DNA from: Podarcis filfolensis
Taxonomy: Eukaryota
Length of the DNA: 64,000 bases
Strand: one strand, 5' to 3'
Assembly: GCA_964270895.1 (NCBI GenBank)
Contig: OZ185435.1
The notes beneath the pieces are model-generated. The model was not told the DNA's origin. It did no database searches and saw nothing but the letters and a program-made list of their open reading frames with translations. Of the stretch, positions 35,877 to 48,316 are shown in pieces. The first letter of the stretch is position 1; the number at the start of each line of letters is the position of its first letter. The translations under genes were made by a program, and so were the position numbers.

Positions 35877-37742
35877 AAGATTAGCTATAGGCCCTACCTT
35901 TTTAGCACTGTGTGGCTGCCTTGTGGAAGACTGCTAATGGTTATTTTCCTTCTGCTTAGAATTCCTTGAAGCCAGTCCAATAGATCTGCTCTGCAGCTGG
36001 AACATAATGACTTGCTGCTGGCTTTCCTGGGACACATTGACCTCCAGGGTTCATTCCAGTGAAGCATTCTCTAATATGGCCAAAGCTTTCTGATGGCTGA
36101 AACATTTGCTTCCGGCTAGGAAGCCTTGTTTTGTCTATTTGTCTCGCTATCTTCCTTTTCTGTCTGTCAAATACTGATGCAGTAGGCTAGCCCATTGGGA
36201 GCCACTGTGTAATGAAGACCTCACAGTTTGTGTTACCAAACGCATCACTGGAACCTATATTGTCTGTGTACTTAGGTAGACTCCTTGCTTATCCAAGAAC
36301 TCTAAAGCAAATTAGAATAAAATATGGAATATATAATGAACACCATTATTGAAAGTAACATAAAAAATAATAATTCTGGAAACCTACAAACATAACAATA
36401 ATGATACGTTTAGGAGAATCTCAGATTCTTTCTCTCATGCTTGTTAATTCCCCCACCCTCATTAGATCTGTAAAAGTTTAATGTCTGAAACTGAAATCCA
36501 AGGCACTCTTAACTTTGGAGCACATCTTAACCCAGTGGGACTCACATTGGAAGACATGCACATTATCAGGCCTGAAAGTGTGGGCATGTGTGTGCATAAT
36601 GCATTTTGTTTCTATTGCTCATACCTGCTGAATTGTACCTGGCCAATAGATGGCAGTCTTGGGCAGCCTTGCAGGTTTGTCGTGTGAAGACAAGCTGCCA
36701 TTTACAACACACTCCATGAGAAGTGACATTTGGAAACCTCTGGCTCAGTGAGTTCATTAAGGAAGAAGGTGTTTCTATGGGTCTTCCTTGTTTTCAGCAT
36801 GGGATCTTTGGGAAAATTTGTATCCCTGTTCACTTTTAAAATGACAGCACATTAGTTTTCTACAAAATCATACCAAAATCATGCCAAGGATGGGGTTATT
36901 TACACTAGATCCTCCTTCATTTGACTGATGATGTCTGGGGTTTGGGATCATTAATAAGCAGAGATCAAGATGGTTAGCAGATCACCCTCTGATTTTGGCA
37001 TGCTGACAGAGTGACAGCAGAATCCTCTGCAAAGCAAACCAGGGAAATCCACACTGCTCTGTTTCCCCCCTTGGTTATGGGTCTGTTGCAAAAGTTGGTT
37101 ATAACGTATCAGGTGCATTTTATTGTAATCATACAAATGGCTTCATGTAGAGCTGAAATTACCACCCTCAGTTCTCCATGCTATTTTGGCATGGGCTGCA
37201 TTTCTAGCCTGATGCTGATGTCCTGGTGCCATAGCATCAACCCAGGACCAGGGGAACAGCATGATGTTGCAGGATGGGGAGATGTCTTTGTCATGTTCCA
37301 CATTTTGGCACTGTGGTGACCCCAGTTATTATTCCACCACATCTTTGTAAGTGTTTGCTAGCAGACCGGGTTATAGGAAAAGCCTATGGGGAGATATATA
37401 TCTATATATCTATCCTGTATACATATTACATGTCTCAGTGGATGTTAATTTAAGTGGAAATCAGGCACAAGTTTCTTAACAGGAATTGCTGACCTAAACC
37501 TGAATAATCCCTACGAAAGGTAGCTGCTCTCAAAGCCAATACAGCATTTTCTCAGGAACTAAGTTGCATGTGACCACAAGCTTGTTGGTTTTCAGTCTAA
37601 GCTGGGGCTCCAGGCTGATAATAGATGCTATTTTTAATTGTCTTTACCAATTGTACATACATGCTCAAAGGGATAGTTATTCAGCCCTACATCAGACTTA
37701 CTGCAAAATATGTATTTATGTTGCATTTTCCTCTTATTCTAG

Positions 37743-37781
37743 GTCTTCATGACAGAGTTTATAGCTTGCCAGACATCAACA
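37743..37781 (+). CDS. MLPH: Melanophilin 39-nt micro-exon (exon 5)
   Basis: ctcttattctag|GT CTT CAT GAC AGA GTT TAT AGC TTG CCA GAC ATC AAC A|gtaagt; phase 1-1; encodes (G)LHDRVYSLPDIN(S); strong splice signals, frame-preserving. Confidence 0.75.
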
Positions 37782-37986
37782 GTAAGTGGCTTAAAACAAA
37801 CAAACAAACCTATACACCCTGCCCCACCAAGAGATTCAGGATTGAACCTGGAACCTCCTGCATGCAAAACAGATGCTCTGCCACGGAGCTATGGTCTGTC
37901 AAGGACAGAGGAAGGGGGCTAAACTGGCTTTGGCATCCCCATAACATGGGAACAGCAAACATTCAGGCCACAATCTGAGCCACTTG

Positions 37987-38777
37987 CCATATTTTTCGCT
38001 CCATAAGACGCACCTAGTTTTTAGAGGAGGAAAACAAGAAAAAAATATTCTGAACGAAACAGTGGTTATATGATTTTTGTGGTTCATGCTGTGGCCACAG
38101 ACATGTGATCTGATGGCGAATGTGTGGTGACCCAACATAACAATTCTGAGGATTCATGTGGATATGTGCTTTGTAACCACATTTTTGCACCATTGCAGCC
38201 CCAGGAAACACTGGGTGCGTGATTTTTTTGGTGCAGACTGTAGCCATGGACATGCTATGTGATCTGATGGTGAATTTGGGGTGACCCAATGTAAAAATCC
38301 TGAGGATCCATGGGCTTTTACCTCCCCCCTCCCAGGCAGCCTCCACTAGCATCCCATATCTCTCCTCTGATCCCACCAATCAGCTGTTTCCTTTCAACAC
38401 TCCCTTCCCTCTTGTTTGTCTTAGTGTCTTTTCCTTAGCTGGAGCAGTTTTTTTGCTCCTCCTTTTCTTCTAATTTCTCTCCTTATTGCTTTAGTCTTCC
38501 TGTTTCCCCCCTTTGCAAGTATGCTGTCCTTACCTCCCCCCTCCCAGCCAGCCTCCTTTATCTCTAGCGTCCCTTTTCTCTCTCCCCAATCGGCAAACAA
38601 TCAGGGCTTTGTTTCAACACCCACTTCCCTCTTTCAAAAAAAAAAAAGGCATGATCTGCTTTTTTGCCCCTGCGCAATTCGGCTCCAGGGACCATGTATT
38701 CGCTCCATAGGATGCACAGACATTTCCCATTACTTTTTAGGAAGTAAAAAGTGTGTCTTATGGAGTGAAAAATACGG
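37987..38777. mobile_element. Elongated family-2 MITE with different internal sequence
   Basis: Same TIRs as 11375-11635 but ~790 bp long. Confidence 0.65.
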
Positions 38778-39292
38778 TACTTGGAAGTGAGCTCCATTGA
38801 ACTTACATCTGAGTGAAATGCCTAGGATTGAAACAAATGCTGTGCATTCAAAAAAATCTATAATAGCATTGATCAGAAATGAGAATGAGGTGGTCTTATG
38901 CTGAGTCAAACCACTAGTGCCTCCTTCAATATGCAACCCTTTCCCAAAATCTCAGAAGCTTTTCCTCATCTTTGGAGGAGAGCCATAGCTCAGCTGTAAG
39001 CGCATCTGCTTTGCATGCAGACAATCCCAGGTTCAGGGCCAAGCAGCTCCTGGACTGGCAGAGAGGCCTTCTCAAATGTTGAGCTGCTGCCATGGCTGGA
39101 CCAATGGTCTGACTCTGTATAAGGCAATTCCCTATATTCCTGTGTCTTTCCTGCTAATACCCTTTCTAGTGGAGATGGCTGACACATTCTGAATGTAAAG
39201 CATGCATTCTCCTCCTAAGCCACAGCCACTTCCTGAGTGCACCTCACATGCCTGATTTGACCGACCTGAGGGCCCATCTCTTTGCTGCCCAG

Positions 39293-39384
39293 GTGACTGC
39301 CACTTCTACAGCGGGAATGAGGACAGTGAGGAGGGAGAGGCAGAAGATGCTATCGATGGTGGAGAAGCAGAGTGCTATGCAAGG
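39293..39384 (+). CDS. MLPH: Melanophilin exon 6 (acidic)
   Basis: cccag|GT GAC TGC...DCHFYSGNEDSEEGEAEDAIDGGEAECYAR|gtaagg; phase 1-0 fits both neighbours. Confidence 0.85.
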
Positions 39385-40308
39385 GTAAGGGTACCTGGGA
39401 ATGGACTTTCTTCCATGTTAGCACTGGGAGCTCATTTATATATCACGCTGGGCCTTCCTGAATGAAGATATTACTCCTTTTTCTTTGGGAAAAGGCGATC
39501 TTTCTGCTTTTGATTTCTGATATAAATCTCATTTCCTGTGGAGTCATTTACTGGAGGCCTCGTGCCTCAAGCTGGCTTCTGGGTGATGTTCTCTCAGTCT
39601 CTAGGAAGAATCTAAATTATACCTCTGCATCCACTGAAAATGTAAAAAAAGGAAACCCACCATTTTGCCCTTCTATAACCATTTGTATGGAGTGTGCAAA
39701 AGCTGTTGAAGTATATTAATGAATGACCGACTGTTAGCCAATAAAAGTTGAATGATCTTGAGTCATGGACCTAGACATGAGCCCAGTAGGATAGCCTCAC
39801 CCATATAAATGATTTATTTTAGCAAGAATTGTTATTTAGGTTAGGAAAAAATTCTCACTGAAATGTTAAATCCTCAGATTCAGATCTTTAACTTCAGCTT
39901 TGGCATTTCAGTCTATGTATAAGGAAATCAACATTTGAATAAATTCCAAATTCAGAGTGCAGAATCCTGGATCTGAATGTTTTTGTCTGAACTTATTTCT
40001 GCCCTTTTGGGGGAAGTAAATTGTTTTCAAAGGAGTGTTTGCATGTTTTCTATATAAATCTATATGGAATAGCTCTCAGCTGCCCCTGTTCTTTATTGAC
40101 CTGAAAAGCATCCCATTAGGAGAGAACAGCAGGGGTGGACTTGAACTCTGGCATAGAACTAGGGAACTGCGAGGAAAATCCCCTGCAGAGCACTGCGTGG
40201 AAAGTAGCAAGGTGGTTACTAACCTTTCCAAGAGACCTGTGAAAACATTTCACTATCGACTGTATTTACAATGGGCTCTGGTTTCTTAAACTCTCTGTGC
40301 TTTCTAAG

Positions 40309-40428
40309 ATGCGCAAGACCAAGCGCCTGCTGTCTGTCCATCCCTTTGATTTTGAAATGGACTCGGAATATTCTTCTCAATCTCGCCGGCAGTCTGAGCA
40401 ACTCTCTCCTGGGAATGAAGGTCTTCAG
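40309..40428 (+). CDS. MLPH: Melanophilin exon 7 (myosin Va globular-tail-binding motif)
   Basis: MRKTKRLLSVHPFDFEMDSEYSSQSRRQSEQLSPGNEGLQ, similar to mammalian KKKRLLSVHDFDFEGDSD; 120 nt. Confidence 0.95.
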
Positions 40429-40940
40429 GTATTAAGGGGGTGTGCATGCCTTCCTGCTCGCTTGCATCATCCTTGGCACCTCAGAATTGCTCCCCTCCCT
40501 CATTCTTCTCATTTTCTTGACCTTTGCTAGCCCAGCTTGTCATATAAGCATTTTTGTCTGCCCTGTGAAATGTATTAGTGAAAGCTACAAGTTGGAAATA
40601 GGCTAGAAAGTGAGAGAGCAGATTCAGATGTCAGGAGGCTTTTGTTTGTTGTCACTTTCTGACTGTAGCATCAAGCAGTCAGTTGCAAATGTGACTCAGC
40701 CTTCAGTGATGGAGCACCACAGATTATTACTTCCATCACACACACATATATATGAGTTTAAATTTTTCCCATGGGGAATTATTTGAAACACAACGGCAGT
40801 AAAACATCAGGTATTACATAGAAAGCTTCATACAGTCCTATTCATGCTTTGGGTAAGCTGTTTAGGATCTCCTTATGTTAACTCAAGAACACTTCAGTGT
40901 AGACTGTTCATGCATTTAACAGCCACCCAACTTTGAGACT

Positions 40941-41293
40941 GGGACGCGGGTGGCGCTGTGCTCTAAACCACTGAGCCTTTTGGGCTTGCCGATCAGAAGG
41001 TCGGCAGTTCGAATCCCCACAATGGGGTGAGCTCCCGTTGCTTGGTCCCTGCTCCTGCCAACCTAGCAGTTCGAAACCACCTCAAAGTGCAAGTAGATAA
41101 ATAGGTACCGCTCCAGCGGGAAGGTAAACGGTGTTTCCATGCGCTGCTCTGGTTCGCCAGAAGTGGCTTAGTCCTGCTGGCCACATGACCCGGAGGCTGT
41201 ACGCCGGCTCCCTTGGCCAATAAAGCGAGATGAGCACCACAACCCCAGAGTCATCCGCTACTCAACCTAATGGTCAGGGGTCCCTTTACCTTT
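40941..41293 (+). mobile_element. Sauria SINE, full length
   Basis: TSD aactttgagac on both sides. Confidence 0.92.
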
Positions 41294-41592
41294 AACTTTG
41301 AGACATGAAGTGGGAATTAGTCTTTTTCCTCTTGGCAGCTACCAGAGTGACTGTGGTTGCGCATTGGAAACCACCTCCTCTGCAAGCCCTCTCAGAGTTT
41401 CTCACTCACCATCGTGACTGGGGGGCGGGTGCATGCAAAAAAAGATCATTTCAATCAGGTGTGGTATCAATTCACCACATATATAACCAACACTGAGGAA
41501 GTGCCCCTCCTCCAGACGCTTACCTGTCAATGTGGAGAATGAGAGATCAAACTGCCTCCTTGTTGACTCTGATGGGCACTGTTTCTTCTTAG

Positions 41593-41794
41593 AGCTTTGC
41601 GGGATTTCCCGGTGCCAAGGAAGACCCCTCCCAGAGGGAATCAATGATTGCCGAAGCCGACCTGGCGGCCACGTTCCACCACCTCCTGCAGGAGCAGGGG
41701 CAGCACCTGCCGGCCACCGAACAGGAGTTCAGCACCGAAGTTCGGCTGACCGTCAACTCACAGCCTAAAAGCCTCGAGAGAACTCCCAAGGCGG
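41593..41794 (+). CDS. MLPH: Melanophilin exon 8
   Basis: cttcttag|SFAGFPGAKEDPSQRESMIAEADLAATFHHLLQEQ...EFSTEVRLTVNSQPKSLERTPKA G|gtaggt; phase 0-1. Confidence 0.88.
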
Positions 41795-42964
41795 GTAGGT
41801 TCTCCAAACACCCGAGGAAATGCCTTCTCAGCACTGTTTATTTTAAGAAGAGCTAAAATATTAAAAGTATAGCCTTTTGTAGATTTCTGTCTTTTAGTGT
41901 GAATCTAATTTACATGCAAAAATCACGTGTCTCAGAGGATACAGAGGATGACCAGGCATATCCCTAGCAAATGGTTGCAGAGCAACATGGGTCTTTCTTG
42001 CCAAATCCTTCCTGCCAAAGTGGAACAAATACCACATTAATATGTTATTAAAAATGAGCCCTGCTGCAAGGGACTATGTGAACTTCTTTTGAATTTTCAG
42101 ATCATTGCTGTAGTTACGATTTATGCTCATTTCCATAAATACATTTGACTAGAAGACCAGGAAGAACATGGTTCTCTAAGAGTCAAACATGATTTCTGTA
42201 ATGAAGCTTAGCAACAGCAAACCCTCAGTGCCACCCTGCCAAAATGGTGGAAAAAACAAAAGAACCCTCACCCTGCCAATATTATATATAATCAATATAT
42301 TAAAATAAAAAGGAAAGACGTTTCACTAAAGCCTCTTTCTGAAGACGCTTCAGATATTACTTGAAATTATCAGAGTGAGAGAAACAAATTTGTATTATTT
42401 GTGTGTTTACACTGGGGAGGGGGGTCTTCGTTTTTTGATTTTTTAAAAAATAAAAATTTAAAATCTTTTTAAAATTGTATTTTGAAATGGTTATACTGTT
42501 ACTGTGCTAGCAGCCACTGAGCTTGCCGAAGAAGAGGGAGGTGTCTGGGCCACAAGGCCTGGGATAAGTTGGTGGCCCCCAGGATAAAGGACAAGCCACG
42601 CATCCCAGACCAAAACTGCCCCTGTGCTGTCCGTACTTCAGGCTGTGGGGAACTGCGTGGTGAAATATTCCCTTCATGAAAAAAAATTCCTAAACTGATA
42701 GGACAAGAGCAGCTTCCTTTTGGGTAGCGTGCATCATATTTCCTAAGCACCGGTGCTGTTTAATTAACATCATTCCTCCTAATAGCAAAAGTGGCTGGTT
42801 AAGGGCCTGTCAGTCTGCAAGTGAAATGGGACCTCCCCAAAAAAAGGGTGTGGCACCCAAACACTTGGGGGAGCACTTCTCCCTAAATTAAAATGTTAAT
42901 AATAAATTTAAAATAATAATAGAAGAAGAAGCAAACCACCAAGCCCATCCTAAGAAGGATCCAT

Positions 42965-43234
42965 GAGCCAGAGTGGTGTAGTGGTTAAGAGCGGTAGACT
43001 CGTAATCTGGTGAACTGGGTTTGCTTCCCCACTCCTCCTCCACTGGGTGACCTTGGGCTAGTCACACTTCTCTGAAGTCTCTCAGCCCCACTCACCTCAC
43101 AGAGTGTTTGTTGTGGGGGAGGAAGGAAAAGGAGAATGTTAGCCGCTTTGAGACTCCTTTGGGTAGTGATAAAGCGGGATATCAAATCCAAACTCCTCCT
43201 CCTCCTCCTCTTCTTCTTCTTCTTCGTCTTCTTC
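42965..43234 (+). mobile_element. Squam3-like SINE
   Basis: Same family as 2734; (CCT)n(CTT)n tail. Confidence 0.75.
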
Positions 43235-43380
43235 GTGTTCTATGAGTTTCCTGGCATGTATGTAATGTTGAGTAGTATTTTGTTTTGCAGAGGGGAGAGG
43301 AAGCGATGACAGACGGAGTGATACTTGGAGTATAAATTGTAGGGGAATTGGTAAGCCCCTGATAGTTTATACACTAAGTA

Positions 43381-43460
43381 CAGTGGTACCTCTGGTTGTG
43401 AACGGGATCCGTTCCGGAGGCCCGTTCACAACTTGAGCAGAACGCAACCTGCGTCTGCGG
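43381..43460. mobile_element. Truncated Tc1/mariner-type MITE end
   Basis: TA|CAGTGGTACCTC left TIR only. Confidence 0.45.
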
Positions 43461-44749
43461 ATGCAAGCCCAGTTGGAAGAGACCCCAAGTCCTCCCCCCC
43501 TCCTGAAACCCCGCTCTCCCTCTCCCTCATGGTTCAAGGCTGGCTAGAACTTTGAGGCTGCCACACCAGCAATTGTTGCAGGTCTATAAACTGTACACAC
43601 ACACCCCTCATTTAGCAGTGCATTCAATTCAGTCTCCCAGTCATAAATGGTACAGACAAGACAAGTTGGCCCACACAATAAGCTCTTGATCTGGAGTGGA
43701 TTGGATAGTTGGAATGAATTCATCGCACAGACACTCCAAAAGCATAAGCCCAAGCCATCGGCAACAGCCCACAGTTCTGGAAGATGGACGACCTTCTTTC
43801 TTGGCACTTGGGGATGGCACGTTGATTTACGCCTTTTGGCCACGCAGCAGGACGCAGATAGCTCTTCTTCCTAGGCTCACATTGCCCATCAGAGCTTTGC
43901 ATTTTAAGTGAACTTATTGTAAAATTGTCTATGGAAATGGATCCCAGTCCAGGTACTCTCAGAAGGTTTTGTTGTGCCACAGGGTTCAGTGCTTTACAGT
44001 TACTATAAATACCTGGAAAATGTGATTATTGGAAACTAAATTATCCCTAATGTGGTTTCTCTTAACAAGGTAACAAAACGGAAAAGTGAATGGTGCAGAG
44101 ATTAGACACCTGCAGCCTCTCAAATGCTGCTCAGTGTGTTCCTCATTTGTTGGTTAGGTAATGCTGCTCAGAGTTCAAAGGCCGGCAACAAACCAGGGCT
44201 GAGCTACTGTGGAAAATATGGGGACAAAACTCCAGAACTGGTGACAAGAGCCTTCCCCTTGTAGTTGCAGAGGATCTAAGCAAACTTGAGAAGGGTCCCC
44301 TAGAGTGTGATGTGTTTGGAGAGTTTTGCATAGGGCAGCGGGAGTTTCTGTGAGCCTGGTGTCCTGCCTCTTAGCATGGGGTGTTGGGAAGCAATGAATG
44401 GAGAGGAGTCATTGCCCAGTGGGTGGGCAATGTTTCCCCAATAAACATTACCCTCCCTCCCAATCCCCAAAGTGGCTTTTTGCTCCACGAGAGAAACCTT
44501 TGGGGTACATGTAACTTTCTCTTAATAGGTCAAATTGCCAAAGAAGGTGGGAAAGCACAGGGACAGGGTTAAGCCTCCCCTCACTCTTGCAAACTTTTAA
44601 AGAAATAGATAATCTGATCACATATCTTTCATCTAGTTTGCCCCTGAAATAATGGCCACACTTTTCACATATTTTGATTTTTCTGGGTTAAAAACTGGCA
44701 AACAACAAGCACCTGGCTATAGAAATATTCTATTCCTTGCAATTAATTT

Positions 44750-44872
44750 GCTTCCAGCTTTTGATTTGTTTAGGGAAGTTTTTAATGTTTGATGTTTTAT
44801 TGTGCTTTTAGTTCTGTTGGGAGCCACCCAGAGAGGCTGGGAAAACCCAGCCAGATGGGCAGGGTATAATAA

Positions 44873-44921
<49 letters not shown>
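44750..44921 (+). mobile_element. L2-type LINE 3' tail with (TTA)n microsatellite
   Basis: GCCACCCAGAGAGGCTGGGAAAACCCAGCCAGATGGGCAGGGTATAA plus (TTA)n; same tail as 54800-55175. Confidence 0.65.
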
Positions 44922-44922
<1 letters not shown>

Positions 44923-44940
44923 GTTCCCTGTTTTTGTTTT

Positions 44941-45193
44941 GAGAGCCAGTGTGGTGTAGTGGTTAAGAGCGGTAGTCTTGTAATCTGGGGAACCGGGTTC
45001 GCGTCTCTGCTCCTCTACATGCAGCTGCTGGGTGACCTTGGGCCAGTCACACTTCTCTGAAGTCTCTCAGCCCCACTCACCTCACAGAGTGTTTGTGTGG
45101 GGGAGGAAGGGAAAGGAGAATGTTAGCCGCTTTGAGACTCCTTAAAGGGAGTGAAAGGCGGGATATCAAATCCAAACTCTTCTTCTTCTTCTT
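44941..45193 (+). mobile_element. Squam3-like SINE
   Basis: Near-identical to 2734-2987. Confidence 0.78.
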
Positions 45194-45270
45194 AAACATA
45201 TCTGAGGCCAAAGTGAATAAATTGAAACTTCTTTCAGAAAGTTTCAGAAATTAGTAATCTCGCCCAGATT

Positions 45271-46241
45271 AGATCATGTCAAAAATGTATAACTTGCTGC
45301 TGAAATGGAATACACAGGATGAAACGGTTAAGTCAGCTATTATTAAATGGGCACAAGATGTTGGACATAACATTATGTTTGCTGACTGGGAACAGTTATG
45401 GACCACCGGTATGAAATTTACGGCATGTAATGCCTTAAGAGAGAATATTATGAAAATGATATACAGGTGGTACATGACCCCAGTCAAGCTTGCAAAAATA
45501 TATCATTTGCCCGATAATAAATGTTGGAAATGTAAGGAGGTTGAAAGTACATTCTTTCACCTTTGGTGGACGTGCCCAAAGATTAAGGCCTTCTGGGAAA
45601 TGATTTATAATGAAATGAAAAAGGTATTTAAGTATACCTTCTTGAAGAAACCAGAGGCTTTTCTCTTGGGCATAGTTGGCCATTTGGTGCCAAAGAAGGA
45701 CAGAACTTTTTTTATGTATGCTACAACGGCAGCAAGAATACTAATAGCAAAGCACTGGAAGACGCAAGATCTACCCACTCTGGAAGAATGGCAGATGAAG
45801 TTGATTGACTGTATGGGACTAGCAGAAATGACTGGCAGAATCCGCGACCAGGGAGAAGAGTCGGCAGAAGAAGATTGGAAGAAATTCAAGGACTATTTAC
45901 AGAAATACTATAAAATTAATGAACTTTGAAAGATGCTGGATCAAACTTATGTGGTCTCTAGCTGTTATGATAAAAATAATTGGGATTAAAATTGTTTAAG
46001 TCATAAAATTTAAAAAGTTGATTGGAGAATAAGGTGTTAGTTAAAAGGAATGTTAAGAGATTAGGATTTGCTGGATTAACAATTTGAACTAGAAAACAAG
46101 AAGGGGAGGTATGAGGAAGTCAAAGAAACATGCTATTGAAAAACTGTGGTTGAAATTGATTTGTTTTTAATATTTTTCTTTTTCTTTTTTTGTGTTTGTA
46201 TAAAACTGGAAAATTTAATAAATATTTATTTTTTTTAAAAA
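45271..46241 (+). mobile_element. 5'-truncated L1-clade LINE with open ORF2 tail
   Basis: 217-aa ORF with CWKCKEVESTFFHLWWTC; 18-bp TSD AGTAATCTC(G/A)CCCAGATT (45253-45270 / 46242-46259). Confidence 0.92.
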
Positions 46242-46327
46242 AGTAATCTCACCCAGATTGCCCTGAAACACAAAATTTGAGTTTTGAGTCTATTCCTCTG
46301 AATCCCAGCCTTGTTCTGTTCCCAAAG

Positions 46328-46491
46328 GCCATCCCTGGAACGAGCAGCATCCATCCCAGTACTCAGCTGATCTGGACACTTCTGAGGAAGACATGGAGGG
46401 AGCGCAGAAGACCCTTGTCTATCAGCCCCACCACACAAAACGCAGGAGCCGAGCTTCATCCCAGGAGAACGTAAATCCATCTGGAAATCAG
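46328..46491 (+). CDS. MLPH: Melanophilin exon 9
   Basis: (G)HPWNEQHPSQYSADLDTSEED...HHTKRRSRASSQENVNPSGNQ, similar to mammalian NEQLPLQYLADVDTSDEE...HHSKRRGRASS; CAG|gtaaat. Confidence 0.92.
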
Positions 46492-47890
46492 GTAAATAAG
46501 GAATTCGACACCTTCCTTCGAAGCGTCTGCCACTGAAGTAAGCCAAGAGCTGGGGTTTAGGGGTGACTATTGGCTCAGAGTAAGAATCTGCGTCCAGGAG
46601 CAAACTAGAGACTAAGGTTGACTGACACAGAGAGAACCCAAGATTGCAAGAGTCAAATGCCTGCCCAACGAAATGTTTTTATATTTTTTCTGTTCAAGGT
46701 TTCAGAGAAAGCATGCTGCAAAACAAGGAAACTTACTTCCCTTCCTCTTTGATGAGTCTAAAACGGTTTTCACAGAGCATCTTATCCATGTTCAAACATT
46801 CATAAATGGACATGAAATTATAGGCTGTAGAGCTATCCCATTCACCCACTGTTAATCTTGTTGCATTTTATGTTCATTAACTGGTTGAATTTTGGTTCCA
46901 AGGCATGTGTTTTAAATGCCTAGGATTCAATGGATTTCTTTTGGAGCACAAAACAGAGCAACCTCTGTTGATGAGTTGTAAACTGCTTGAAATCTTACCT
47001 GCAGGATCAATGCTGCAATGAAATCTTACCTGCAGGATCAATCCTGCAGGATCAATGCAAGCAGAAATGTAGCACCACTTTTAATGAAACCACAGGAGGT
47101 TACCCACCTTGGTTCTGATTGTCACCCAAACTGGAGATGAGAAGTACAATTTAGAGAAAGCATTCATGATCTAACTGATCTCTTTCTAGAGTTGTTCTAA
47201 GTTTCTGCAACAAGACCAAGAATCTTATGGACTTTTTCCCTTCCTGTAGACCATGGGGCAGGGCGGGGGGACCACTGATCTGAAGCTTCCCAGTTCTTCC
47301 ACCCCATTGTATAGTTCTCTTTCTCCTTATTTTTATTGGCTTTTTAAAGCTTTTCTATCTCATTCCAGAAAACTGGAAGGAGAAATACTTTAAGAAAAAT
47401 ACACTGATTAAAAAACAACAACAACCAAAACTATGGCTATACAATTTGGGCGAAATAGGTTTTTACCCCATCTATCCAAAAATAGCTTGGTAAGATTAAA
47501 AAGGAATTACTTTCACTGGTTTTCCAGACCAGTAGATTCATTGGTCTTTTGTAAAAAAAAGTAATAATTACAAGCCTCCTCCCTGTTCCCCTTTAAGTTT
47601 TGAGTAACAGAGATTTTGACAGGTGAGTGGCCCTTCCCATTTATCAAATTTGGCCCAGCAGTTCTTGGTAAGGATCTGGCCCACTGGATGCATGGGGTGA
47701 ACTGCAGAACCCCAAATCATTTACACTCCCGCAACTGAGAGCATTGAAAGTGCCTACCCGGGTCCTTTAATTATTTGTCTGCAAGTGACATGAGAAGCCA
47801 GATTCTCTCCTCCAAGAACATTTCCCCTTGAATCCAACTGTTTATAGCTGAAGTTTTTGGAGGCCGTGAATTTTTAATTATTTTTCCAGT

Positions 47891-48316
47891 ATTGTTGTTG
47901 TTGTTTAGTCATTTAGTCATGTCCGACTCTTTGCGACCCCATGGACTCTGGTCAGGCACTGCTGTCTTCTCTCGCAGTTTGGTCAAACTCATGTTGGTAG
48001 CTTCGAGAACACTGTCCAACCATCTCGTCCTCTGTCACCCCCTTCTCCTTGTGCCCTCCATCTTTCCCAACATCAGGATCTTTTCCAGGGAGTCTTCTCT
48101 TCTCATGAGGTGGCCAAAGTATTGGAGCCTCAGCTTCAGGATCTGTCCTTCCAGTCAGCGCTCAGGGCTGATTTCCTTAAGAATGGATAGGTTTGATCTT
48201 CTTGCAGTCCATGGGACTCCCAAGAATCTCCTCCAGCACCATAATTCAAAAGCATCAATTCTTTGGCAATCAGCCTTCTTTATGGTACGGCTCTCACTTC
48301 CATACATCACTACTGG
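47891..48316 (-). mobile_element. RTE-BovB LINE 3' end
   Basis: BovB peptides (IKKADCQRIDAFELWCWRR); 10-bp TSD tttttccagt; internal deletion relative to the 13178 copy. Confidence 0.9.

Noticed and set aside
46988-47060. 31-bp tandem duplication with a partial third unit
   Set aside because: Ordinary slippage duplication with no spacer structure; there are no CRISPR-like arrays in this eukaryotic window.
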